This document shows positions 35,918 through 44,782 of a stretch of 64,000 nt of DNA, one piece after another (position 1 is the first letter of the stretch; each line of letters begins with the position of its first letter). Source of the stretch: Candidatus Magasanikbacteria bacterium RIFOXYC2_FULL_42_28 (GTDB lineage: Bacteria; Patescibacteriota; Patescibacteriia; Magasanikbacterales; GWA2-37-8); contig MFQZ01000009.1 in the NCBI GenBank assembly GCA_001784435.1, positions 11,324-75,323 of the forward strand, read 5' to 3'. The notes beneath the pieces were generated by a model, which saw only the letters and a program-made list of their open reading frames with translations, was not told the origin of the DNA and ran no database searches. The position numbers were made by a program, and so were the translations under genes.

Positions 35918-35975
35918 AAAATATCAAAAATTAAATATCAAATATCAAAATGACAATTTAAAATTAAAAATTTAC
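35918..35975. repeat. Family 4 AT-rich repeat
   Basis: AAAAAATATCAAAAATTAAATATCAAATATCAAAATGACAATTTAAAATTAAAAATTTACAG. Confidence 0.45.
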
Positions 35976-36033
35976 AGTAATGCGTTTGGGCTTGAAAATT
36001 TAAAGATTATCTGATATTGTGTAATCATAAAAT

Positions 36034-36108
36034 GGTACCGTGGCCAAGTAGTAAGGCGAAGCTCTGCAAAAGCTTTATGCGTGGGTGCAACTCCCACCGG
36101 TACCTCCA
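36034..36108 (+). tRNA. tRNA-Cys (GCA)
   Basis: The acceptor is GGTACCG/CGGTACC, the anticodon stem AAGCT/AGCTT, the loop CTGCAAA (U33, A37) and the discriminator U73, with CCA encoded. The T-loop TGCAACT is atypical (G at position 55). Confidence 0.6.
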
Positions 36109-36187
36109 AATCCGTCTTTTGTTTAGGCGGATTTTTTGTTTGCTAAAATAAGATTTTAGAGGTAAAATATAGCCACAAAATATATCT

Positions 36188-38905
36188 ATGAAGAAACTTG
36201 TTATTATAGATGGGAACGCAATAATACATAGGGCCTATCACGCCATTCCGCCCATGAACACCAAAAACGGGATGATGGTCAATGCGGTGTATGGGTTTAC
36301 TTCCATGTTGTTGCGCGTTTGGAAAGATTTAAAGCCGACACATATTGCCGTCACTTTTGATATGCGCGGTCCGACTTTTCGGCATGAAAAATTTAAGGAA
36401 TACAAAGCCACGCGCGTGAAAGCGGATCAGGAATTGTATGATCAGATTCCTTTGGTGCACAATGTTGTTCGTGCTTTTAATATTCCGATTTATGAAAAGG
36501 CCGGTTATGAGGCCGACGATGTGATTGGCACGGTCGCTCGCATGGTAGAAAATAAAAAAGAGGTTGAGACGTATATTGTGACGGGTGATAAAGATACTCT
36601 ACAGTTGATTGAGCCAGGGGTGAAAGTTTTTACCTTGCGTAAAGGGATGAGTGATACGGTAATTTATGATGCCGAGGGTGTAAAAGAAAAATTTGGATTT
36701 TTACCGGATAAAATGGTGGATTACAAAGCGCTGGCCGGTGATGCGTCGGATAATATTCCGGGGGTGCCGGGGGTGGGAGAGAAGACGGCGACAGATTTGA
36801 TTCAGAAGTTTGGGGGGATTGATGAGATTTATGATAATATCAAAAATCAAAAATCAAATATCAAAGATATTAAGGCGGGTGTCTTGAAAAAATTGATTGA
36901 CGGCGAAGAGTCGGCGCGGATGAGTTTTGAACTTGCGACGATTGACCGCAATGTTCCGGGGGTGGATTTTAAGTTGGAAGATTGCGTGGCAAAAGAATTT
37001 GACCGCGAGAAAGTGGTTAAGATTTTTCAGGAGTTGGAGTTTATGTCGTTGTTGAAGCGTTTACCCGGCGAAGCATTAGCGAAGACGGGGTTGCCGGGGG
37101 CGAGTGGGGATGGAGATCCCTCGCTTGACACTCGGGATGACAAACAAAAAAAAGTCCGAGCGAAATTTAAAGTTGATGAAATAAAGACAAAAGATGAAGT
37201 TGAGAAATTAGTTGAGCAGATTCGTAAAACAAAATCATTTGCCTGCCGTGAGGCCACGGCTGGACGTGAAGTTTATAATTCAGAATTGTTTGGTGTGGCG
37301 GTTATTGTTTCTGGCGCCGGATATTTTATTAGTGAAAAATTATTAAAAGAATTTTTGCCGGTATTTGAATTTTCGGATTGTGAATTCGTTGGTCATGATT
37401 TAAAACAGTTAATCAAAATTTTAAAACTGCAGGGCGTGGAAATAAAAAATAAATTGTTTGACACGATGATCGCGTCGTATCTGCTGGAACCGGGCAGTCG
37501 GGCGCATGACAGCGCCAGTATTGTTTTGAAAGTGTTAGGCCAAGAATTACCAGCCGGTGCCGGGCAGAATAGTTTGTTTGGGGCGGATATGCTTGCGGTA
37601 ACACAAGAATTATACCAACTATCTTTGGCGGCCGAAAAATTAAAAAAAGAATTAGTCGCGATTAGCGATTTTGGTTTAATGGAAAAAATAGAGATGCCAC
37701 TTTTGCCGGTCCTCGCGCAAATGGAATTAAACGGTATTGCCGTGGATTTAAAATTACTACAAAAATTATCCGAACAAGTGACGGCGGAAATTAAAACCGT
37801 GAGCGCGACTATTTTTAAATTGAGTGGAACGGAATTTAATATCTCGTCGCCGACACAATTGCGCGAAGTGCTGTTTGAAAAAATGGAAATTCCAGTGGAA
37901 GGAATTAAAAAAGGCAAAACCGGTTTGTCCACTTCTGCCGAACAGTTAGAAAAATTGCGCGGTCAACACCTAATCATTGAACATATTGAAAATTATCGCG
38001 AATTGGAAAAATTGCGCAATACCTATATTGATGTTTTGCCGACTTTGATAAATAAAAAGACCGGTCGGATTCACACCACTTTTAATCAGGCGGTCGCGGC
38101 GACTGGGCGCCTGTCATCGTCTGATCCAAATTTACAAAATATTCCCATTCGCACGGAGTTGGGGCGCAAGATCCGCAAGGCCTTTGTGGCCGAAGATGGC
38201 AATGTGCTTATTTCCGCCGATTATTCGCAAATTGAATTGCGCGTGGTGGCATCACTCGCCGAGGATAAAAAAATGATGGAAATTTTTGAGGCTGGTTTGG
38301 ATATTCACGCGGCGACAGCAGCGGCGATAAATCATGTGGATTTAAAAGATGTTACCAAGGACATGCGTCGCGCGGCCAAGGAAGTAAATTTTGGCGTGTT
38401 GTATGGCATGGGCGCATATGGCTTGGCTTGGCGGGCCGATATTCCCCAGTGGCAAGCCAAAGATTTTATTGATAAATATTTTAGTGAATTTAGTGGTGTG
38501 AAAAAATATTTAGACGCGACTTTGGAATTTACCAAAAAAGAGGGATACTGCGAAACACTGTTTGGTCGGCGCCGGTATATTCCGGAATTAAACGCCAGCA
38601 ACCACCAATTGCGGATGGCCGGCGAACGGATGGCGATTAATCATCCGATTCAGGGGACGGCCGCGGATTTGATTAAGATGGCGATGATAGAAATATCAAA
38701 ATGTAAATATCAAAATGAAAAATTATTGAGCGACGATGTGCGAATGATATTACAAGTGCACGACGAATTGGTGTTTGAAGTAAAAAAAGAATTGGCTGAT
38801 GAAGTCGGTAAAAAGGTAAAAGAAATTATGGAGGGTGTGGCCAAATTGCGCGTGCCGATTGTGGTGGAGGTGAATGTTTCTAAAAGTTGGGGGGAGATGA
38901 AATAA
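36188..38905 (+). CDS. polA: DNA polymerase I (5'-3' exonuclease, 3'-5' exo-like and polymerase domains)
   Basis: 905 aa. The polymerase motifs are RRAAKEVNFGVLYGM (motif B) and QVHDELVFEV (motif C). The N-terminal FEN-like domain is present. Confidence 0.9.
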   Translation: MKKLVIIDGNAIIHRAYHAIPPMNTKNGMMVNAVYGFTSMLLRVWKDLKPTHIAVTFDMRGPTFRHEKFKEYKATRVKADQELYDQIPLVHNVVRAFNIPIYEKAGYEADDVIGTVARMVENKKEVETYIVTGDKDTLQLIEPGVKVFTLRKGMSDTVIYDAEGVKEKFGFLPDKMVDYKALAGDASDNIPGVPGVGEKTATDLIQKFGGIDEIYDNIKNQKSNIKDIKAGVLKKLIDGEESARMSFELATIDRNVPGVDFKLEDCVAKEFDREKVVKIFQELEFMSLLKRLPGEALAKTGLPGASGDGDPSLDTRDDKQKKVRAKFKVDEIKTKDEVEKLVEQIRKTKSFACREATAGREVYNSELFGVAVIVSGAGYFISEKLLKEFLPVFEFSDCEFVGHDLKQLIKILKLQGVEIKNKLFDTMIASYLLEPGSRAHDSASIVLKVLGQELPAGAGQNSLFGADMLAVTQELYQLSLAAEKLKKELVAISDFGLMEKIEMPLLPVLAQMELNGIAVDLKLLQKLSEQVTAEIKTVSATIFKLSGTEFNISSPTQLREVLFEKMEIPVEGIKKGKTGLSTSAEQLEKLRGQHLIIEHIENYRELEKLRNTYIDVLPTLINKKTGRIHTTFNQAVAATGRLSSSDPNLQNIPIRTELGRKIRKAFVAEDGNVLISADYSQIELRVVASLAEDKKMMEIFEAGLDIHAATAAAINHVDLKDVTKDMRRAAKEVNFGVLYGMGAYGLAWRADIPQWQAKDFIDKYFSEFSGVKKYLDATLEFTKKEGYCETLFGRRRYIPELNASNHQLRMAGERMAINHPIQGTAADLIKMAMIEISKCKYQNEKLLSDDVRMILQVHDELVFEVKKELADEVGKKVKEIMEGVAKLRVPIVVEVNVSKSWGEMK
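37109..37144 (+). mobile_element. Family 1 repeat half-copy embedded in-frame in polA
   Basis: ATGGAGATCCCTCGCTTGACACTCGGGATGACAA translates as GDGDPSLDTRDDK, in the linker between the 5'-exo and 3'-exo-like domains. Confidence 0.55.
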
Positions 38906-38908
38906 ATT

Positions 38909-39046
38909 ATGATTATCTATCTATCCGGCCCCGACACCTTTCGGAGTCGGCAATATTTAAAAGAACAAGTGGAGAAGCTTAAAATTGCCCACTACTACGA
39001 TGGATACGAGAAAATTTTAGAAGATATTTTGGCTAATATATAATAA
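38909..39046 (+). pseudogene. Truncated duplicate of the holA 5' end (45-aa remnant)
   Basis: MIIYLSGPDTFRSRQYLKEQVEKLKIA matches MIIFIHGPDTFRSRQYLKEQVEKFKIA of holA at 43001. The two are ~90% identical at the DNA level over 83 bp, and the copy starts 3 nt after the polA stop. Confidence 0.6.
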
Positions 39047-39120
39047 AAATCGTCCTCTTGACAATTAGTATACTCATAAGGTATAATACTCACGAGTATA
39101 CTAATTAAAGTATCTATCAT

Positions 39121-40536
39121 ATGTCATTTATAAATCGTGAACAAGAGTTAAAAATGCTAAATGAAAAATGGCAATCAAATATCGCTCAGTTTTTTATTAT
39201 TTATGGTAAACGCCGCGTTGGCAAGACTGAGTTGATTAAACAATTTATCAAAGACAAACCAGCGTTATATTTTTTAGCCGATAAGCGCACGACGGCGGAT
39301 CAATTGCGGGAGCTGGGGCAAATAGTGGGAAATTATTTTAAGGATGAAATTCTGATTAGCAATGGTTTTAGTGATTGGTTGGAAGTATTTCTATATTTAA
39401 AAACAAAGACAATCACCGAACCTTTGATTTTGGCGATAGACGAATATCCGTATTTGGTTGAAAATGATAAATCCACCAGTTCGCTTTTTCAAAAGGGTTG
39501 GGATGAATATTTAAAAAATACTAAAATATTTTTGATACTGTCCGGGTCCAGCATCGCCATGATGGAATCGGAAACGCTGAACCAAAGCGCGCCGTTGTTT
39601 GGCAGGCGTACCGGTCAAATTTTGGTTGACCCATTAAATTTTTTGCAATCGCGCCAATTTTTTCCAGAGAAAAATTTTTCTGATTTTTTAAATATCTACA
39701 CTATTACCGGTGGCATGCCGGCGTATTTGAAACAGTTTGAAGAGGGCGCGGGAATGTCCGAAGAGATTAAGAATAAAATTTTTAACAAAACCGCTTTTTT
39801 ATACAACGAAGTGGAGTTTACCCTGAAAGAAGAGTTGCGTGAACCAAAAAATTATTTAGCAATTTTGCGCGCCATTGCACTCGGGAAAAGAAAGTTAAGT
39901 GAAATTGTTAATGAAGTCGGGATGGACACAGCCGCCACCAACAAATATCTTTCGGTGCTTATTAATTTGCGTTTGGCGGAACGGGAGGTGCCGGTAACCG
40001 AGAATAAGCCGGAGAAGTCGCGACGCGGTTTGTATAAAATTTTGGATAATTTTTTTGGATTTTGGTTTCAATATATTTTTCCTTATAAAAGTTATTTGGA
40101 AATGGGCAATTATAATTATGTTTTGGAGAAAATGTTTAGCGGTTTAAAATATAATGATAAGGTTAATTCCGGTTTCAAACTTATTGTCGCGCAAGTTTAT
40201 GAACGCGTCGCGATTGAATTGCTGCCCGCTTGGCAAGATAAAATTTTCTCGTTTGAGCGCGTTGGTCGTTATTGGGACAATAATCAAGAAATTGATGTGG
40301 TGGGGATAAGTTTGCCGGAAAAGAAAATAATTTTCGGTGAGTGTAAGTGGTCCGAAAAACCAGTGGGGACAGATATTTATGAAGAATTAAAAAAGAAAGC
40401 GGAAAAAGTGGAGTGGAATTTGGGCGATAGAAAAGAATTTTATATTTTATTTAGTAAGAGTGGTTTTACCGAGGCAATGATAAAAATAGCGAAGAGCGAA
40501 GGTGTGTTTTTAGTGGAGAAGGATACTATGAAGTAA
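39121..40536 (+). CDS. AAA+ ATPase (archaeal-ATPase/DUF234 type)
   Basis: The Walker A is IIYGKRRVGKTEL and the Walker B LAIDEYPYLV. The C-terminal DUF234-like domain is present. Confidence 0.65.
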   Translation: MSFINREQELKMLNEKWQSNIAQFFIIYGKRRVGKTELIKQFIKDKPALYFLADKRTTADQLRELGQIVGNYFKDEILISNGFSDWLEVFLYLKTKTITEPLILAIDEYPYLVENDKSTSSLFQKGWDEYLKNTKIFLILSGSSIAMMESETLNQSAPLFGRRTGQILVDPLNFLQSRQFFPEKNFSDFLNIYTITGGMPAYLKQFEEGAGMSEEIKNKIFNKTAFLYNEVEFTLKEELREPKNYLAILRAIALGKRKLSEIVNEVGMDTAATNKYLSVLINLRLAEREVPVTENKPEKSRRGLYKILDNFFGFWFQYIFPYKSYLEMGNYNYVLEKMFSGLKYNDKVNSGFKLIVAQVYERVAIELLPAWQDKIFSFERVGRYWDNNQEIDVVGISLPEKKIIFGECKWSEKPVGTDIYEELKKKAEKVEWNLGDRKEFYILFSKSGFTEAMIKIAKSEGVFLVEKDTMK

Positions 40537-40652
40537 AGATAATTATCCAACAAAAAACCAACAGTGATAAGCCGTTGGTTTTTTGTTATCTTCTTGGTAC
40601 CAACAAGAATGGTGCGCACGGGGTGAAGACGGTGCGCGCGTCTGTGGGGTGG

Positions 40653-41195
40653 TCAAAATGCATATGACACCCCGGGTTGAAAGAGCAAGGTCCAGATGCC
40701 GGTGCCGAGCGTGGTGCCCGGGCCGACCACGAGCGCCAGTGACAAGCCGTTGCCGATTTTGACACTGGTGCCGAGTCCGCCACCGATGAAGTGGGAGTGG
40801 GGTGTGTTGTTGTACCAGTAGTTAAACTGGTACACGACCGAGGTGCTCACTCCGACTCGATCGGTGAGCGCGTATGACACTCCGATTCCAGCGCGTGGGG
40901 CAGGACGGAAGGTGTCATTCGGCGTTTTGAAGCCGATGAGGGCGGACACACCGAAGTTATTCGGCAGTTTCCACCCGAGCGACAGGTGGAGCCGGGTGGA
41001 AACCTCGCCTGGGGAGGTCGCACCGTCTTTAAAGACGATGATCATCCCTTCGGCCATCGCCACCGAGACGCTCGGAGTGGTCGGGTTGGGCTCTTCACCG
41101 GCGTTGGCGCACATTGAGATCATCAAAACTCCGATGATGGTTACCAGCCAGATCATTCCACCCGTCAGAAAACAAGTTTTCGCCATCCTATTCAT
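40653..41195 (-). CDS. OmpW/OmpA-like small beta-barrel outer-membrane-type protein (GC-rich, likely foreign)
   Basis: The signal peptide is MNRMAKTCFLTGGMIWLVTIIGVLMISMCANA. Alternating amphipathic beta-strands end in ...FQPGVSYAF (an aromatic beta-signal). GC is ~56% against a ~40% background. Confidence 0.45.
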   Translation of the reverse strand: MNRMAKTCFLTGGMIWLVTIIGVLMISMCANAGEEPNPTTPSVSVAMAEGMIIVFKDGATSPGEVSTRLHLSLGWKLPNNFGVSALIGFKTPNDTFRPAPRAGIGVSYALTDRVGVSTSVVYQFNYWYNNTPHSHFIGGGLGTSVKIGNGLSLALVVGPGTTLGTGIWTLLFQPGVSYAF

Positions 41196-41336
41196 CTCAC
41201 CCTCCTTTTTGTAGAAGAACCTGCCGAGACCATCTCGACTTAGCATTATATCATAAAATAATATACATGTCAAGGGTTATTTGGCTAATATAAGGCAAAA
41301 AGTAGTCAAGTTTGTAATGATTAAACTAAAATTATC

Positions 41337-41365
41337 TTGACTTTTTTGGCTTTGTTTACTATAAT
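41337..41365 (+). promoter_or_regulatory. sigma70 promoter TTGACT-17-TATAAT
   Basis: TTGACT at 41337-41342 and TATAAT at 41360-41365. Confidence 0.5.
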
Positions 41366-41402
41366 ATTATTATCATAAAAATTATGACAGAAGTAATAAA
41401 AT

Positions 41403-42956
41403 ATGATTGAAAATCAATTAAAACAGTTGGGTTTTGGTAAAAATGAAATTAAAATATATTTGGCTTTGTTTGAATTAGGCAAATGTAAGGCGCATGAGGT
41501 AATTGTTCATACTGGTTTGCATCGCAATATTGTGTATCAAGATTTAGAGGATTTAGTTAAGCGGGGGTTGGTGACAAAAACTGAAGTTAAAAATGTTTTT
41601 GAATACAGCGCCAATAATCCCGAGGCATTAGTAGAGGAATTTGAAAACAAAAAAGAAATATCGCAAAAAATCGCCGAACAGTTAAAAGAAAAACAAATTG
41701 AAACACCGCGCGAGGTGGCGGTGTATGAAGGGGTGGATGGTTTGAAAAAAAGCCGAGCCAAAATTTTAAATTATCAATCCGGTGATGAAGTTTTTATTTT
41801 TGGCGCTGATTTAGAACCATCAATGGAAAAAGTAATGCGTAAAATTCACAAAAAACGCGAGGATGCTGGGATTAATATGAAAATTTTATACGACCAAAGC
41901 GCTAACAAATCGGATGTTGCTTGGCGTAATACATTGGAGCATAGTAAAGCAAAATTATTGCCATTTAGTCAAAAGTTTCCAATTTGGTTTGCTGGTATTG
42001 GAGAGCATTTGGAAATTGGTATACCACAACATAACAATCCCTTAATTTTTAATATTCGCAACCAAGAAGCAGTTGATGGTTTTAAAACTTTTTTTGATTA
42101 TTTTTGGAATCAAGAAAGCATAAGTTACCAAGGGATAGATGAAGTAGAGTCGGCCTATAATGAAATTTTGGAAAATTCGAGTAATGACCAGGATGTTGTG
42201 ATTTTTGCAGCTAAGCCAAGCGAGCAGAGAAGTTCTAATTTTAATTTAGAGTGGAATAAGCAATTGCGGAAAAAAGTTAAACGTTTGCGTTTGTTATATT
42301 ATGGCGCAAATGAAATTAATATCAGTAGGGCAAAAGAAATGTTGGACGTGGGCGCAGAAGCAAAAGTGAGTGGCACTAGCCAGTCGCTTCCAATTTCTAC
42401 AATTATTGCTGGTGATGTTGTGTTAACGGTGGTTTGGGATAAAAATCCAGCTTGTTTTAAAATAAAAAATAAAACAGTAGCTGATTCTTTAAAAAATAAT
42501 TTTGAATTATTGTGGAATCAGCAGGTTGGTGTTGAATCTGGCTTAGATCCATTGAAAAATATTATTTATGAAATGTTAGATGAATTAAATTCTGGGGAAG
42601 AGTATTGCGTGCTGGGTGCTTCGTATGGCCATGAGACCGGCGGGGTTCAAGAATTGTATGATAAATTTCATACCGACAGAATTAAAAAAGGTGTAGTGAC
42701 GAAAATGTTAGTTTATCGTGAATCATTTGAGCGGATAAAAAAACGGTTTGAGAGATGTGGTGATCAGTTTGGCAAAGTAAGCCAGTTGAAACAATATGGG
42801 TCTGCGCCGAAAATACCTATGCAAATTAATTTATATAATAACAAGGCATTTATAATTTTTTATGGCGAGGCTCCAACTGTAATTAAATTTAATCGGCCGG
42901 AATTTTTTGCCGGGTTTAAAACTTATTTTGATGAGCTGTGGAGAAAGGGTGGATAA
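41403..42956 (+). CDS. TrmB-family regulator, long form (paralogue of 23576..24310)
   Basis: The N-terminal NEIKIYLALFELGKCKAHEVIVHTGLHRNIVYQDLEDLVKRGLV is TrmB wHTH. A duplicated C-terminal sugar-binding-like domain is present. Confidence 0.55.
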   Translation: MIENQLKQLGFGKNEIKIYLALFELGKCKAHEVIVHTGLHRNIVYQDLEDLVKRGLVTKTEVKNVFEYSANNPEALVEEFENKKEISQKIAEQLKEKQIETPREVAVYEGVDGLKKSRAKILNYQSGDEVFIFGADLEPSMEKVMRKIHKKREDAGINMKILYDQSANKSDVAWRNTLEHSKAKLLPFSQKFPIWFAGIGEHLEIGIPQHNNPLIFNIRNQEAVDGFKTFFDYFWNQESISYQGIDEVESAYNEILENSSNDQDVVIFAAKPSEQRSSNFNLEWNKQLRKKVKRLRLLYYGANEINISRAKEMLDVGAEAKVSGTSQSLPISTIIAGDVVLTVVWDKNPACFKIKNKTVADSLKNNFELLWNQQVGVESGLDPLKNIIYEMLDELNSGEEYCVLGASYGHETGGVQELYDKFHTDRIKKGVVTKMLVYRESFERIKKRFERCGDQFGKVSQLKQYGSAPKIPMQINLYNNKAFIIFYGEAPTVIKFNRPEFFAGFKTYFDELWRKGG

Positions 42957-43000
42957 AGTGTTTTGCATAACATTGGGGAACATATTATAATGAGCTTACT

Positions 43001-43963
43001 ATGATTATATTTATACACGGCCCCGACACCTTTCGGAGCCGGCAATATTTAAAAGAACAAGTGGAGAAATTTAAAATTGCCCGCGATCCACAGGGGTATA
43101 ATGTTGTGTTTGCGGACGCGGTGAGCGACGAGCCGGGGAAAATTTTAGGGGAGATTTCCAGCGCGCCGTTTTTGGCAGATAAGAGAATGATTGTTGTAGA
43201 AAATATTTTGGCATGCAAGGATAAGGATTTTATGGCTACGCTCATTGAAATGGTAAAAAATAATAAAGTGCCGGAAAGTAATGTTGTTTTGTTTTGGCAA
43301 GGCGAAGATAAATCAAAAATAAAAGAAGTGGATGAATTGGATAAATTATTGAAAAAAGAAAAATACGCGAAAGAATTTGATATGTTAACGGGCGCGCAAT
43401 TGTCCGTTTGGATAAAACAGGAATTTGTTAAATCAAAAGCGACTGTCAGTATGCCGGCGTTAAATTTTTTGGCGCAGAACGCGGGTGGTGATATGTGGCG
43501 ATTGTCGTCTTTAATCGCGCAATTGTCGGCCTATGCCACTGGGCGCGAGGTCGGCGTGGAAGGTGTAAAATTATTTTTGGATGAAAAGGTTGATGATAAT
43601 GTTTTTAATATGGTGGAAGCGGTCGTGTCGGGCAATCGTAAGCAGGCGTATAAATTATTAACCGAGCAAAGGCGGTTAGGCGAAGAGGACGGAAAATTAT
43701 TTGGTTTGATATTGTGGCAATTTCGGATTTTGGTGAATTTAAGGTCGTTGTTTGAAACTGAAGATAATTTAACGGCTGATCAAATGGCTAAACAACTTGG
43801 TTTGCATCCGTTTGTCGTGAAAAAGAATTTGGCACTGGTAAAACGAATGAGCTCGGCACGCTTAAAAGAAATTTACGAGATGCTTTTGGATATTGATAAA
43901 AAAATAAAAACCGGGCGGGGGGACTTGGGGTTGTTGGTTGATGTGCTGGTGGGACGCTTATGA
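43001..43963 (+). CDS. holA: DNA polymerase III delta subunit
   Basis: 320 aa with the HolA N-terminal fold IFIHGPDTF...FLADKRMIVVEN and a C-terminal helical domain. Confidence 0.75.
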   Translation: MIIFIHGPDTFRSRQYLKEQVEKFKIARDPQGYNVVFADAVSDEPGKILGEISSAPFLADKRMIVVENILACKDKDFMATLIEMVKNNKVPESNVVLFWQGEDKSKIKEVDELDKLLKKEKYAKEFDMLTGAQLSVWIKQEFVKSKATVSMPALNFLAQNAGGDMWRLSSLIAQLSAYATGREVGVEGVKLFLDEKVDDNVFNMVEAVVSGNRKQAYKLLTEQRRLGEEDGKLFGLILWQFRILVNLRSLFETEDNLTADQMAKQLGLHPFVVKKNLALVKRMSSARLKEIYEMLLDIDKKIKTGRGDLGLLVDVLVGRL

Positions 43964-44066
43964 ATGTCAAATTTCCAATTTCCAATGTCAAATCAAAGCC
44001 AAAATGACAAATTTGACATTTTTATTTTGACATTGATTGGAAATTGGATATTTGGATTTTGAAATT
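43964..44066 (+). repeat. Family 2 long palindromic element
   Basis: It starts immediately after the holA TGA as AATGTCAAATTTCCAATTTCCAATGTCAAATCAAAGCC...TTTGACATTGATTGGAAATTGGATATTTGGATTTTGAAATT. Confidence 0.7.
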
Positions 44067-44101
44067 AGTAAAGTCAGACACATACAGAAGCTTGAGTTTA
44101 A

Positions 44102-44131
44102 AACAAAAAATCTCCTTGGCAGGAGATTTTT
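44102..44131. terminator. Bidirectional terminator AAAAAATCTCCTTGGCAGGAGATTTTT
   Basis: A perfect 7-bp stem flanked by an A-run and a T-run, between convergent holA and rpsT. Confidence 0.6.
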
Positions 44132-44143
44132 GATTTAAGTAGC

Positions 44144-44398
44144 TTATTTTAACGCATTCACTTTCTTCATCAAGCGCGATAATTTGCGCGTGGCGGTGTT
44201 TTTCTTGATAGTACCGTGCTTAACGGCTTTGCCGAGCGCTTTTTGAGCGATTTTTACCGCTTTTAACGCTTCGGCTTTGCTGGCGGCTTTTAAGGTCGCC
44301 TTGAAACCATCGCGAATGGCGGTTTTTTTGGCGACATTCAGAAGCGCGCGTTTTTTGGCTTGGCGCAAGGCCTTGGCGGCATTTTTTAGATTAGGCAT
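44144..44398 (-). CDS. rpsT: 30S ribosomal protein S20
   Basis: MPNLKNAAKALRQAKKRALLNVAKKTAIRDGFK... is the S20 signature. Confidence 0.9.
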   Translation of the reverse strand: MPNLKNAAKALRQAKKRALLNVAKKTAIRDGFKATLKAASKAEALKAVKIAQKALGKAVKHGTIKKNTATRKLSRLMKKVNALK

Positions 44399-44440
44399 AG
44401 ATAATTAGTTTGAATAAAATTGAGAGTGATTATGCGGTGG

Positions 44441-44469
44441 ATTATATATGATAATGACTAAAAAGTCAA
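44441..44469 (-). promoter_or_regulatory. rpsT promoter (TTGACT-17-TATAAT on the minus strand)
   Basis: AGTCAA at 44464-44469 and ATTATA at 44441-44446 on the plus strand. Confidence 0.5.
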
Positions 44470-44745
44470 GGTTATCCTATAAAGCTGCAGATGGTGGACC
44501 TCGGCCTCTAAAGTCCACCAGTGTCGCGTCGACACGCCTTGGGGCGGCCCGTGCACGCCCCGAATGTCTTTTTGTGTGGCGTTGGCCAGCAAGCTTACCT
44601 GTGGTAAGACAAAATTTGAGAGGACGCATGAGGCATCAACTCAGTAATTTTGTCCCGGCAAGCCCGGACCGGTCGATTGGTCACCCTCCTTGTGCAACCG
44701 CGCGAGCACCATAGAACAGTAGAAGCCGAGGTATTTATATTGTAC
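44470..44745. other. GC-rich (~58%) non-coding block with strong hairpins; unidentified structured RNA or foreign DNA remnant
   Basis: GGGGCGGCCCGTGCACGCCCC, TGGTGGAC...GTCCACCA and GTCCCGGCAAGCCCGGACCGGTCGATTGGTCACC. The 88-aa track ORF is Arg/Pro/Ala-rich and probably an artefact. Confidence 0.2.
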
Positions 44746-44782
44746 AACTATTTAATTTTGTTATCAAAAACTTATCCCCAGC

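Noticed and set aside
44470-44745. Assignment of the GC-rich block as tmRNA, RNase P RNA or SRP RNA
   Set aside because: Both strands were checked by eye. The tmRNA acceptor (GGGG...CCACCA) does not pair, there is no AGGAAAGUCCGGGC P4 or GGUGNAA, and there is no GGAA domain-IV tetraloop. Only partial resemblances were found, so it is left unassigned pending cmscan.
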